Virus record (IMG/VR): IMGVR_UViG_3300021131_000003
Location: 1-64,000 of that record
Reading direction: 5' to 3' (one strand)
Source of the DNA: a virus
Length of the DNA: 64,000 bases
The position numbers were made by a program, and so were the translations under genes. Each line of letters begins with the position of its first letter. Position 1 is the stretch's first letter. The notes beneath the pieces are model-generated. The model saw nothing but the letters and a program-made list of their open reading frames with translations. It had not been told where the DNA came from and ran no database searches. Below are positions 36,339-46,396 of the stretch, in pieces.

Positions 36339-36907
36339 TGGTTTACGCCCCTGACTCCATAAAGGGTTGCTGTAGTTCCTACTCTTAAGTAAAGACCTGG
36401 AATATTAAATTGTATAGATGTAACAGGGGACGTGCTTCTATAAAGTCCAACACTCATGTCATTGTAAGAAGGACCATTGTTGTTATCCGCTGCACATCTA
36501 GAAATCATTGTTTTATTAAAAGATGAATTTGTATAGTTTAATACATGAACAATAAGCGAAGAGAACAAAGCGGCTGGTCCATTAGACACGGTCATACCCA
36601 TTTGAGAACCACCTTGAGCTAATAAACGGGTACTTGTAGCTGTGGTTAGGTTGGCCCCACTTAATCCAGCAGCTGATAGGTTTGTAATAGAATATATGTT
36701 TGAACCATCGTTATTTAAGTTTACATATATACCGTAGCCGTTTGTATAAGAGGCGTTAGCTACAGATGCTACTAACATAAGGTCTTGATATGCTTGCGGC
36801 ACGTTATTAAATATAACGTTAGCGGTTGTTGTATTAGTTACTGTTGAGTAAGCTATAGGTACAACAGCGCCTTTTGTTGAACCCGCAGCTGGGGCAAATA
36901 CTGGCAT
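36335..36907 (-). CDS. Paralogous ~170-aa beta domain, subtype B
   Basis: PIAY...IFNNVPQAYQDL...YRSTSPV...ATLYGV. Confidence 0.75.
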   Translation of the reverse strand: MPVFAPAAGSTKGAVVPIAYSTVTNTTTANVIFNNVPQAYQDLMLVASVANASYTNGYGIYVNLNNDGSNIYSITNLSAAGLSGANLTTATSTRLLAQGGSQMGMTVSNGPAALFSSLIVHVLNYTNSSFNKTMISRCAADNNNGPSYNDMSVGLYRSTSPVTSIQFNIPGLYLRVGTTATLYGVRGVNQ

Positions 36908-36916
36908 TTAAACCCC

Positions 36917-37504
36917 CTACGCAGTAATGTCGCCGACAAGTACCCAAGTATCTGTGGCACGTTTTAACAAAGTTGCAAAAGACCATTGACCACGAGTTTT
37001 AAGTCCTGGGTTAGCGTTCACAGTTACGCCTGATGCCCCAGCTACAGTAATCTGTCCAACACCAGTTTGAAGCAGTTGAATCTGTGTTCCAATAGCAAAA
37101 GGCACTGTTGCGTTAGTAGGTACGGTTACCGTGCTACCACCAGAGTTAGACATTTCAATAACAAGACCGTCATCTGACAAAGCCAAAGTATAAGTAGAGC
37201 CGCCTTGTGTGTTGGTAGGTATGTGGTAAACCACGTTATTAGTAACCGCAAGAGAGGTCAGAGTTCCAACAGATGTAAGGGAAGAAGAAACTACGTTAGA
37301 GGCAAGGGATGTTCCAGAGAGCTGAGTGGCTGGGAATGAGCCCAGTACATAAGATAAAGAGTTGTAGGCGGTTGTGCCGTTACCAATCTTGCCCTTGTTA
37401 GTATCGGTCTCGTAACCAAACTCACCAGCGGCTAGTACTGGATTCTGGGAAGCCCAAAGAGCCGCGGTACCACGGCGAAACTGTAGTACTGTCTGTGCTG
37501 CCAT
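36917..37504 (-). CDS. Fibre protein with Mtd/hyaluronidase-type N-terminal domain
   Basis: LQFRRGTAALW...NPVLAAGEFGYETDT...KIGNG; C-terminal YTLALSD...WVLVGD. Confidence 0.8.
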   Translation of the reverse strand: MAAQTVLQFRRGTAALWASQNPVLAAGEFGYETDTNKGKIGNGTTAYNSLSYVLGSFPATQLSGTSLASNVVSSSLTSVGTLTSLAVTNNVVYHIPTNTQGGSTYTLALSDDGLVIEMSNSGGSTVTVPTNATVPFAIGTQIQLLQTGVGQITVAGASGVTVNANPGLKTRGQWSFATLLKRATDTWVLVGDITA

Positions 37505-37651
37505 TTAGGGTGTTCCTCCATCTAGCGTGTTAATTACATCCGTGCTCTGTCTACTTGCTAGTCCTGCATCTACTGAGGAAGTAGAATCTGGCTCTCCGCC
37601 GTCAAAGCCACCGCTAAGTAGGCGAGCTACTTGATAAGCTCTTGAAGTCAT
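37505..37651 (-). CDS. 48-aa peptide with three D(G/A)G motifs, absent from ORF track
   Basis: MTSRAYQVARLLSGGFDGGEPDSTSSVDAGLASRQSTDVINTLDGGTP exactly fills the gap between its neighbours. Confidence 0.7.
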   Translation of the reverse strand: MTSRAYQVARLLSGGFDGGEPDSTSSVDAGLASRQSTDVINTLDGGTP

Positions 37652-38007
37652 TTAGACACCCACTCTTTTTTATCTTCGTTCCAATTATATAGTTTACCGT
37701 CATTTGGATACTTTTTAGGGGGAACCCAAGTGCAGGTTTCTTTGTCTAGAGTCCAAGACGCGTAAGTTCTAGGCGGTATAAACGCGTCAAGGTCTTTATC
37801 ATAGGTATACCCTATTCCAGCGTAGTTTTTACGAAAAGGTTTTCCGCCCAGTATGTGAGCACCTGCTCTAGTGTTATAAGAAGTTTGAACCCAAGTGCCG
37901 CCAAGGTTATCAACTAACCACTGGTAACCTTTATCAGGTTCGTTGTCATCACCTATTAATACCTGTACTACTACATTGTTTTTATCAATCTCAGCCCAGT
38001 GTGCCAT
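37648..38007 (-). CDS. Fibre assembly chaperone-like protein
   Basis: MAHWAEID...WVQTSYN...RKNYAGIG...DAFIPP, typically follows glycine-rich fibre genes. Confidence 0.7.
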   Translation of the reverse strand: MAHWAEIDKNNVVVQVLIGDDNEPDKGYQWLVDNLGGTWVQTSYNTRAGAHILGGKPFRKNYAGIGYTYDKDLDAFIPPRTYASWTLDKETCTWVPPKKYPNDGKLYNWNEDKKEWVSK

Positions 38008-40712
38008 TACCCACCTACCTGCGAACGAGCGTAACGAACAATAACTAAACCTGAACCACCTGTACCAGATGCAGAGTTTGATAGGTACTGAATAGAAGAC
38101 CCTCCGCCTCCACCGCCAGTATTGGCAAGGCCATTTCCTCCAGCAGCAACAGCAGCAAAACCGCTTACAGGGTATGTAACGCCTCCGCTACCCCCACCAC
38201 CAAGGCCTCCAGCTCCAGCGGTAACTCCTTCTCCAGGGCAATTAACGATACCATTAGTAATAGTTCCTGTAGGCGCGCTAGGCACTACAAATTGGAAAGT
38301 TGTTGCGGTAGGGGCAGAAGTGACAATCCAGTTACCGTTAGGCGCATTGCTTCCTGCGGTAGTTCCATACACACTTATATACTGACCTACGATTAAACCG
38401 TGAGCTGCTGGTGTTGTACATGTAATAGTTGTACCAGAATACGTAAATGAGGCAGTAGGTGTTGCTATAACTGGGGCACCTGTAATAGTTCCTGGGGTTG
38501 TTCCGTTAACTGGGGCTACGGGTACTGTAAACGTAAATACTGTTGTAGAGGTTACAGAAGCAACTGTATATAAACCATTTGGTGAGTTGGTCATCGTTTG
38601 TACAAGAGTTGCGGCCCCTGTTTGCATAACATAAACGTATTGACCAGCTGTAAGGCCGTGAGCGGCTGGAGTTGTTACTGTAATAGTAGTTCCAGAATAA
38701 GTCATTGTGGCGCTTTGTAAACCAGAGGCGTACTCAATCAGTGTTTGACTAGCGCCCCCGCCACCACCACCAAAGTAGTAAGTTCCTCCAGAGTTTTGTC
38801 CGTAACCTGTTGCAAGTCCCCATGAAGAATATGCACTTGTTCCAGCTCCGCCAAAACCTCCTCCTAGAGGACCACCGTTGCCACCTGCAGCGTTAGCTCC
38901 ACCACCACCTGAACCACCAAAAACACCAATTGCTGAGTCGTAGCCAATTCCGCCATTATAGCCTTGACCAGAAGTTCCAGAGCCACCTCGGTTACCCGCA
39001 CCATTGTGGTTACCACCACCGCCTGAACCGCCATTGCCACCATCTACGCCAACGTTTCCACCAGAGAGTGTTCCCGTTGGAGTAAGGGTAGCTGTAAATG
39101 TAAATTGAGTAGAGGAGTTAATAGCCGTAACTGTCCAAGGGTTAAGGCCTGCATAGTTGTAAGAAGGCGTTTGTAGTACCGTTGTTGTGCTAGCTGGAAG
39201 ACTAATTGTTCCAACAGGAGGTGTTGCCACAATTACAGTAAACTGTGTAGTGCTTAGTACTTGGTAAACAGTCCAGTTTCCGTTAGGGGCAGCTGAACCG
39301 CTAATAGTAGTATTTGCAATTTGAATAGATTGACCAACACTTAAGCCATGAGCAGCCACAGTTGTTACAGTTACTACTGCTCCAGAAGAGGTTATAGAGG
39401 ACACTCCAGACGCTGGAGTAATAACAGCGTTACTTAAACTGTTTGGTGCGTTTGTTCCTGTAGTAGCAATTCCCACTGTTGTTACTAATGAGCCCACTGC
39501 TAAGTTATTTGGGGTAGTTGTTGTTACTGTAATTGTGGTTCCCACGTAAGTAACTGTAGAAATAGCAAATGATGCGGAGCCTCCACCGTTACCTCCACCT
39601 ATAGCAGTAAGTCCAGCAAAAGTAGAGTTAGCTCCATTTGATGGGACAGCGCCGCCCGCACCAACTGTAACAGCAGCACTAGAAGCAATAGTCTGGTTTG
39701 GTGAATAAAGAACACCGCCCGCACCGCCGCCACCTGATGTACGGTCAGTGGTATACCCTCCACCGCCACCGCCAGCAATAGCAAGAACGTCAGCGGTAAG
39801 CCCTGGTCCACCGCTAACTGCAAGTGTTCCGTTAGCCGTAAACGTTCTATAGTAGTAAGTACTATCAGATGTTAGAGTACCACCTGTTACTACGTTACCA
39901 GGAGTTACGATTGCGTTAGAAGCTCCACTTGGTATGCCAACACCAATAGAGTTTGTAGTAGTTGCTGTAAAGGTATAAGAAGTATATTGGTTTAAACCAG
40001 ATACTGTTATTGGGCTAGTGGTTCCTGTACCTGTGGCACCTCCAGGAGATGCTGTAACTGTGTAGCTTATTGGGCTTCCCGAAGATGCGGGGGTAAAGGA
40101 TACGCTGGCCGTATTGTAAGCTGTTACTGTTGCAAAAAGGTTAGTTGGAGGTGGGGCATAAGCAGCGGTAGAGAACGAGGAAGAAGCAATACTTGGATTA
40201 CTTGAACCAAAGCTGTTATTAGCAACAACAGTAACTGTATAAGCGGTTGCGTTTTCTAAGTTACTTAAAGTAATAGGTGAAGAAGAACCTGTAGTTAATC
40301 TAGGAGAGGATGAAGCTGAAACTGGAGTAGCGGTTACAGTATACGAAGTAATTGCTGAGTCACCAGAATAAGTTGGAGGTGTAAAAGATATTACAGAACC
40401 TTTAACTACGTTAGACGTTCCTGATACGTTTGTTGGAAGACCAGGAACATTTCCGCTTAACGCTGCACTAGACCAAGATGTACCGTTAAATACCTCAATA
40501 GATTTAGTATCAGTGTTAAATCTAACATAACCAGTTTGTGGGTTTGCTGGTCTTTGCGCAGTAGTACCTGTAGGCAGACCTAAACTTTGGTTTCCTATAA
40601 ATACTGGGTTTTTAGATATGTCTTGCCCAGAAACGTATAAGCTTCCATCGATGTTTACTGAAGACGTCTTTAACGCATCCGAGTACGGGTGATTGTACTT
40701 GTTTTCAGCCAT
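38007..40712 (-). CDS. Fibre protein: 2 FN3 + glycine-rich domain with inserted beta modules
   Basis: GTTAQRP anchor, FN3 repeats, GGGGAGG...NTGGGGGG...GGSGLVIVRY. Confidence 0.8.
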   Translation of the reverse strand: MAENKYNHPYSDALKTSSVNIDGSLYVSGQDISKNPVFIGNQSLGLPTGTTAQRPANPQTGYVRFNTDTKSIEVFNGTSWSSAALSGNVPGLPTNVSGTSNVVKGSVISFTPPTYSGDSAITSYTVTATPVSASSSPRLTTGSSSPITLSNLENATAYTVTVVANNSFGSSNPSIASSSFSTAAYAPPPTNLFATVTAYNTASVSFTPASSGSPISYTVTASPGGATGTGTTSPITVSGLNQYTSYTFTATTTNSIGVGIPSGASNAIVTPGNVVTGGTLTSDSTYYYRTFTANGTLAVSGGPGLTADVLAIAGGGGGGYTTDRTSGGGGAGGVLYSPNQTIASSAAVTVGAGGAVPSNGANSTFAGLTAIGGGNGGGSASFAISTVTYVGTTITVTTTTPNNLAVGSLVTTVGIATTGTNAPNSLSNAVITPASGVSSITSSGAVVTVTTVAAHGLSVGQSIQIANTTISGSAAPNGNWTVYQVLSTTQFTVIVATPPVGTISLPASTTTVLQTPSYNYAGLNPWTVTAINSSTQFTFTATLTPTGTLSGGNVGVDGGNGGSGGGGNHNGAGNRGGSGTSGQGYNGGIGYDSAIGVFGGSGGGGANAAGGNGGPLGGGFGGAGTSAYSSWGLATGYGQNSGGTYYFGGGGGGASQTLIEYASGLQSATMTYSGTTITVTTPAAHGLTAGQYVYVMQTGAATLVQTMTNSPNGLYTVASVTSTTVFTFTVPVAPVNGTTPGTITGAPVIATPTASFTYSGTTITCTTPAAHGLIVGQYISVYGTTAGSNAPNGNWIVTSAPTATTFQFVVPSAPTGTITNGIVNCPGEGVTAGAGGLGGGGSGGVTYPVSGFAAVAAGGNGLANTGGGGGGSSIQYLSNSASGTGGSGLVIVRYARSQVGG

Positions 40713-40724
40713 TTGGCTACTACC

Positions 40725-43700
40725 TTAAGCCTGAGCTTCAGACCAAGCAATACGACCGAGAACGTTAACGGCGGCGTTACCAACGTTAGTTACTGTAATA
40801 GTAAGTACGTCTGGTCCGTCTGGATAGATACCAGCGTTTGAGTAAGGGCTAACTCCGCCACCCAAGACTGCGTTACCAAGGTCTCGAACTAGTGATAAGT
40901 CAAGCGAGCCCGTTGAGTTAGTAAAGAATCCACCAGTGTTTTCACCGCCAGTTACTGATGTAATAGAGCCGTTAGCGTTGAGTGCATAATCTGCAATCTG
41001 TGCAAGTGAAGAGTTAGTCTTACCCACTACGTTACCTACAGCGTTAGTCCAAGATGTAGATGTAGTCGCAACTCCGTTAAGTACAGCAGTAACCAGGATG
41101 TTAGCTGGGCTGGAAGTAGTTGAGATATCTAGCGCACGAAGGATTAACTGCATACGGTTAGTAAGTTCACGAGCACCAAATGGAGCAGCTACGCCGTTAT
41201 CTACAGAAGGAGCAATTCGGATTGAGAACAAAGCCTTAGGTGCGCCTGTAAATGTAAGTGGTATTGATGAGATAGTGATGGCTTGTGTAACAGTAATCTG
41301 AGTACCAGAGACCACAGTTGCTACGTAAGTACCAGCTGGAACACCTGTTCCAGTAACTAGCATACCTGCAATAATGCTGGTGTTAGAAGCTGCTAGGTTT
41401 ACTGTAGTAGAGGCTGAAGCTGTACCAGTTGCGGTAGTTGTTGCGTTAACTGGCGCGATAGCTGTCTGATAAGTCTGGCCGTAAGTAAAGAGAAGAGACT
41501 TATCATCATCGTAACGGCCATCCATGATAACTGATGTACCCCAGTGAGAGATGGATGGTGCAAATGTAGGCCACCCAAACTCAACTGCTACGGGAGCAGT
41601 TGATGAGTATGTAAATGATTGTCCAGATGCAGCACCCATAGGAAGAACAGCCACTGTTGGGTTATTTGCAGTTACTGCTTGGTTAAGCGTAACTGTAGTT
41701 CCAGAGATAGAGGAAATAAATGTTCCATCAAGAATGTTAGCTCCAAATACACGCTGACCAACTTGTAGTCCAGAAGTAGAGGACACTGTTGCAATGTTAG
41801 AACCAGAGTTAACTGTAAGAGCAAGCGAGGCGTTGCCTGCCTGTCCTCTAGTTAATCCAGTAAACGTTGTAGAAGTTATTCCTGTGTAGTTAACAAACTC
41901 ATAAGTAGAGGCGTTACGAATGCAAAGAGTTCCAGATGATGGGAAGTTTGCAGTGCTTGCTACAGTAATGCTTGAATCTGTTGAGCCTACTGAAGATGTG
42001 ATGTATGTAGTAGGTGGGATTGTAGAAGTCTCATAACGTCCTGGAAGGTTACCTGAGCGCATGTAGGCTTCAGTGTTAACGTTGTTGTTCATCATACGGT
42101 GGCAGTAGGTAACGTCTCCACGTGAGCCACGAAGACCCCAGCGGACAAAACCAGCGCCGTACCAAGTAAAGTCGATGTAGAACATCTGCATGTTTGCAAG
42201 GTTAAGGGTATAACCAGAAGGTCCAGTTCCGTCCATCTTGTCAATGTTCCACTGAGATTGAGGAATCTTAGTATCTACTGTACGTGAAAGAACTACATAG
42301 CTTGATGAAGCTCCACGATATGAAGGACTGATTGTAAGCGAGGTGTCAGATGCAATATCGGTTACGCGATAAGACTGTCCGCGAAGAACGATGTAATCGC
42401 CAACAACTAGCTGTTTAGAAAATACTGTAGGGAATGATGAGTTTGTCTGCGTAACTGTATTTGAGCCCTGAGTTACGGTTACCTTACCTGCTACTTGGAA
42501 AGTAGAGTTACGACGTACTGCGTAGATGTTGTTACCGTCGTACTCAAAGAATAAACCGTTCTGCTGGTCAAAGATACCGAGGCGGCCTACGGCACCATTC
42601 CAGTTAAGTACCGAGATGTTAAACGCACCAGAGGCTGTAGAGGCTGAAGGTGTTGTTAATGCTGTATAGGTAAAGGTGTTATAGCCAGTTACTGAAGTAA
42701 CTGTATAAGTTCCATTGTATGCAGATTCATTAGCTCCGTAAACAAGAATGGTAGAGCCAGGGTTAATGTTGTGCTTTTCCTTTGTTTGCGCGGTAATAGT
42801 TGTACCAGACGCTGTCAAAGAATCAAGAGAGGTATAAGGCTTAAGAACAGTACCAGAGGACATCTGGATGCCCTTACCTGACTGGTATCGGAAGTAACGT
42901 CGAGTTTGACGGATTGCAGATTCAAAATTAGATTGAGCGTTGCTAGAAAAAAGAACTCCGCCATCAAATGCACGGTGTAGGAACTGAGCCTGTGGGCGCA
43001 TGTAAACCGCAGCTCCAGAGTACACAATAGTTCCTGTTGGTGTGTTTAAGGTGTAGTAAGAGAATGTGGTGTTGTTTGTAATCGTTGCTACAACAAAAGA
43101 ACCATTTGGTGCGTTAGTAGAGGCGGTAAGACCTGTAACAGCAATTTCATTACCAAGTGAAAGGCCGTGAGGGACAGAAGTTGTAACAGTCACTACGTTA
43201 CCTGAGTATGTAACAGAGGTAGGAGCTGTTCCAATCTGAGCTCCTGTATATAGGGTACCGAAGTAGATAGCGGTTTTGTTAGTATCAAAAACTGAAGTGA
43301 TAGAGGTAGTGTTTACTGCTCTAGCTGTATAGGTAAAAGTAGTTGTGCTTGGGATTGTTTCAATAACAAAGTTACCGTTAGCAAGGGATAGGTAACAGTC
43401 TTGAACGGTGATAGGGGTTACGTTTGTAGGGATTGTGCCAGTCGCTGCAATACCGTGAGCTGTTGAAGTTGTAACAGTCACAGTACGACCGCCGTTTGCG
43501 ATTTGGATATCTGAGATGTTAGAAAGAGGCGCTGATGACTGAAATGCAAATGGGCGATTATCAATAAGAGCAAGGTTTTCCCACTTAGAAATCTGGGTAC
43601 CATATTCAAAGTCGGTATCAATCAAAGCCTGTGGCTGAGATACGCGGAACTTGTTAGTTGGGTCAGTTTGGGTTTCAGCTGGCTGGAAGGACTCGTTGTA

Positions 43701-43976
43701 CTCGTCTATTGTAATCTGCAACTTATCAGTGGCTGACATAGCTGAAGTGTTGTAGTTAAGTACGATGGTTGTGTATTCACTGTAGTCGGTTGAGCTTGTT
43801 GCGATTGAGTACGAGGTTGCACTAAGCGATGGGTCAGAGAAGTTATAGATAACTTTATTTTTGGTTACGTTAGTAATTAAGACAAGGCGCTCCTGCAAAA
43901 CGGCGCGTGGGATAACAATAGTTCTAGTAGAAGGCGTAAAGGTGTACGCGGTCTGAAGGATTACTTTTCTTGCCAT
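40725..43976 (-). CDS. Large fibre/adhesin protein
   Basis: 1083 aa, Thr/Ser-rich; LIDTDFEYG, RYFRYQSGKG, WYGAG. Confidence 0.75.
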   Translation of the reverse strand: MARKVILQTAYTFTPSTRTIVIPRAVLQERLVLITNVTKNKVIYNFSDPSLSATSYSIATSSTDYSEYTTIVLNYNTSAMSATDKLQITIDEYNESFQPAETQTDPTNKFRVSQPQALIDTDFEYGTQISKWENLALIDNRPFAFQSSAPLSNISDIQIANGGRTVTVTTSTAHGIAATGTIPTNVTPITVQDCYLSLANGNFVIETIPSTTTFTYTARAVNTTSITSVFDTNKTAIYFGTLYTGAQIGTAPTSVTYSGNVVTVTTSVPHGLSLGNEIAVTGLTASTNAPNGSFVVATITNNTTFSYYTLNTPTGTIVYSGAAVYMRPQAQFLHRAFDGGVLFSSNAQSNFESAIRQTRRYFRYQSGKGIQMSSGTVLKPYTSLDSLTASGTTITAQTKEKHNINPGSTILVYGANESAYNGTYTVTSVTGYNTFTYTALTTPSASTASGAFNISVLNWNGAVGRLGIFDQQNGLFFEYDGNNIYAVRRNSTFQVAGKVTVTQGSNTVTQTNSSFPTVFSKQLVVGDYIVLRGQSYRVTDIASDTSLTISPSYRGASSSYVVLSRTVDTKIPQSQWNIDKMDGTGPSGYTLNLANMQMFYIDFTWYGAGFVRWGLRGSRGDVTYCHRMMNNNVNTEAYMRSGNLPGRYETSTIPPTTYITSSVGSTDSSITVASTANFPSSGTLCIRNASTYEFVNYTGITSTTFTGLTRGQAGNASLALTVNSGSNIATVSSTSGLQVGQRVFGANILDGTFISSISGTTVTLNQAVTANNPTVAVLPMGAASGQSFTYSSTAPVAVEFGWPTFAPSISHWGTSVIMDGRYDDDKSLLFTYGQTYQTAIAPVNATTTATGTASASTTVNLAASNTSIIAGMLVTGTGVPAGTYVATVVSGTQITVTQAITISSIPLTFTGAPKALFSIRIAPSVDNGVAAPFGARELTNRMQLILRALDISTTSSPANILVTAVLNGVATTSTSWTNAVGNVVGKTNSSLAQIADYALNANGSITSVTGGENTGGFFTNSTGSLDLSLVRDLGNAVLGGGVSPYSNAGIYPDGPDVLTITVTNVGNAAVNVLGRIAWSEAQA

Positions 43977-44813
43977 TTACGCTCCTAGTAAGATATCTAC
44001 TGCCTTGAAGGGGTAGGTTGGGTAGTTAATTACGTTCGAGCCTGGTTGGACTAGACCGTAAAAGGTTGACCCTGCTGGAGGAACTTCAGAGAAGGTTATG
44101 TACCCGTCCGAGTCCACCATAAAGCCATCCATCGGCATGCCTGATTGCCAGACATACTCAGGAAAGCTTACTGTTTGAATAATACCATTTATTGTAATTA
44201 AAATACGCAAAGGGTTGGTAATACTTATTCTGGACCCTTGGTAAGTAGGGTAAAAACGGTTTTCAATACCATCAAACTGGTAGTAGAGGTTGTCTAGCGG
44301 GACGATTGTGTAGTCCTGCCAGCTCATACCTACAGTAGCTGTTGAGTCTGCAGCAAGGATAGTTCCGTCTGCGCCTACGTTTAATACCTGAGCTACGTTG
44401 GCGATAACACCTACGCTAAGGTCGCCCTTAGCTGTGGGTTGGGCAGAGCCAGTGGTGTTGATGCTTAGAGTGTTATAAGAGATTACGTCTACTACATCTC
44501 CAAAGAGAAGAGCGGACGCAAAAGTAATTGAGCTCTGGGTAGTTGCGGTGTAGTCGTTACCGCGAACCATGAGGACACCATTTAGGTATACCTCTTCATT
44601 ACCGACTACATAAGAAAGCGTGGTTGTGGTATTGGTTCCTGTGTTGGCTACCCCAGAGAGTACTGTTTCTCCGCCCGCGGCAAGGTAAGACCAACGAGTC
44701 TGGTTAGCTCCGCCTAATACTAGGTTCCAGCTTGTTCCATCCCAGGTCCACTGACGACCTGAATAGTAGATAGAGGCGCCAAGGGCGGGGGATGCAGGAA
44801 ATTGAATAGCCAT
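43977..44813 (-). CDS. Fibre adaptor protein
   Basis: FPASP...WTWDG, VYLNGV...DYT, DG...F motifs. Confidence 0.65.
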   Translation of the reverse strand: MAIQFPASPALGASIYYSGRQWTWDGTSWNLVLGGANQTRWSYLAAGGETVLSGVANTGTNTTTTLSYVVGNEEVYLNGVLMVRGNDYTATTQSSITFASALLFGDVVDVISYNTLSINTTGSAQPTAKGDLSVGVIANVAQVLNVGADGTILAADSTATVGMSWQDYTIVPLDNLYYQFDGIENRFYPTYQGSRISITNPLRILITINGIIQTVSFPEYVWQSGMPMDGFMVDSDGYITFSEVPPAGSTFYGLVQPGSNVINYPTYPFKAVDILLGA

Positions 44814-46396
44814 TAGTACGATGGTATTCCGTATTTAGACGCTAGGTACGCTTCAACTTGTTGATACTCAGTGGAAGACAATGTTCTGTTAAACCATATC
44901 ATTTCCGCTACGTCAGCGTATGAAGCTTCAGCTCCACCAGAGAAGTTATTAATGCAAGGTGTACTGCCTGATGTAAAAGTTCCGCTATTTGCAGTGTGGC
45001 TAATACCATTAGAGCGGTATAGGTTATTTTGGTCTGTTGAGTAAATCCAAGGCCCTCCACCAGCAGTTGCTGTATACGTAAATTGGGAGGTCGGACCTAC
45101 CAGCCAGTTTTGGTGAAACGCCACGCCTACCACACCGCCCCAAAAACCAGATAGCCAGTTATATGTACTATCAGTAAAGATACGGGCTTGAACGCTGCTG
45201 TCATATCGAGCTACGTGGAAGAATGTGTAAGCGGCTGAAGAGCTGCTTACTGCTATACCCATAGTGCTAAGAGTTGGTAATTGAATTTTAGTTGAGGTTG
45301 GTATGTAAACATAATTAAAAGTTCTAGATGCCCCGTAAAGAGAGTTAGACCCAGTAAACACGTTTTGTATACTCATACTACCTACGTTAGTTATGTTGCT
45401 TCCTAAAATGTGTCTAGCATTTCCAGACAAGTCATTCCATTGTGTTCCATTAAATGAATCTGCAGTAAACCAAGCTGCAAGTCCAGAGGTAACTGGAAGA
45501 GAAGTTTGAGTGGTTATAGAAGCAGCAAGGTTAGTTGAGTTTCCTCCAGAATCCGTAGCTGTAAGCGTAAAGTTATAAGTTTGAGAGCTGCCACTCGGGT
45601 TTCCGCTAATAACTCCTGTAGCAGCGTTAAATGAAAGTCCCGTAGGTAGAGAACCACCTGTTAATGAATAAGTAACAGCGGAACCTCCATCGGCATCAGT
45701 TGCTGATACAGAATACAAATACGTACTAATACCAGGATAAGCATTTGGAAGCGGGCTTGTTGTTACCCATACTGGGTTGACACCTGCGCTAATTGTGGGA
45801 CTTGCAAGAATATGAGAGTTGGTGCCTATTGGGGCGTTTACCCCTGGATTGGTAGCTGTTAATGTGTAAGGGGAATACGCAACTGGAAAAGTATCTGGTC
45901 GTGTAACAATAGCTGAGTTAGGCGAACCTACAACAACAGATTTAGCTGAACGTGATACTAAGTCCGAACCAGTAAAAGTAACAGACATTCCATTATTAAA
46001 GTTTAAACCAGTTAAAGTTAAAGAATTATTAATGTTTGCAAGGGTTGTTGGGGTAGCTCCTGTTAGCACAGGGGCCGCTCCTGTTTCAGTAGTTTCTGCG
46101 GCTGTAGTAAATGTAGTCTTATAAGAAAAACTAAGAAGGTCACCAACGGTTCCTCCAAGAACCACTAGCTTATTAAAACCGCCTGTAGCAGTAAATGATT
46201 TAGTCCCTGTATAGCCAACAAGGGTACCAAGAGAGTTATAACCGTAAATATCAATACTTGTATCGTTAGCTGCAGATGTAATACTGTAAGAGCCTGACGG
46301 ATATTCTTTATCAAATGTAACTGTAGAATAAGTAGAAACAATGTTTACGTTAAAGTCATTAGCATTAGAAGATGAAGTAAATTTAGAAACAGCCAT
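44813..46396 (-). CDS. Fibre protein with Ig-like and LamG/ConA-like domains
   Basis: LPTGLS...GVISG Ig motif; WNDLSGN...EAYLASKYG. Confidence 0.75.
   Translation of the reverse strand: MAVSKFTSSSNANDFNVNIVSTYSTVTFDKEYPSGSYSITSAANDTSIDIYGYNSLGTLVGYTGTKSFTATGGFNKLVVLGGTVGDLLSFSYKTTFTTAAETTETGAAPVLTGATPTTLANINNSLTLTGLNFNNGMSVTFTGSDLVSRSAKSVVVGSPNSAIVTRPDTFPVAYSPYTLTATNPGVNAPIGTNSHILASPTISAGVNPVWVTTSPLPNAYPGISTYLYSVSATDADGGSAVTYSLTGGSLPTGLSFNAATGVISGNPSGSSQTYNFTLTATDSGGNSTNLAASITTQTSLPVTSGLAAWFTADSFNGTQWNDLSGNARHILGSNITNVGSMSIQNVFTGSNSLYGASRTFNYVYIPTSTKIQLPTLSTMGIAVSSSSAAYTFFHVARYDSSVQARIFTDSTYNWLSGFWGGVVGVAFHQNWLVGPTSQFTYTATAGGGPWIYSTDQNNLYRSNGISHTANSGTFTSGSTPCINNFSGGAEASYADVAEMIWFNRTLSSTEYQQVEAYLASKYGIPSY

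Noticed and set aside
33420-37504. Diversity-generating retroelement suggested by the Mtd-N domain and paralog array
   Set aside because: No reverse transcriptase and no near-identical TR/VR pair seen; paralogs are highly diverged at DNA level
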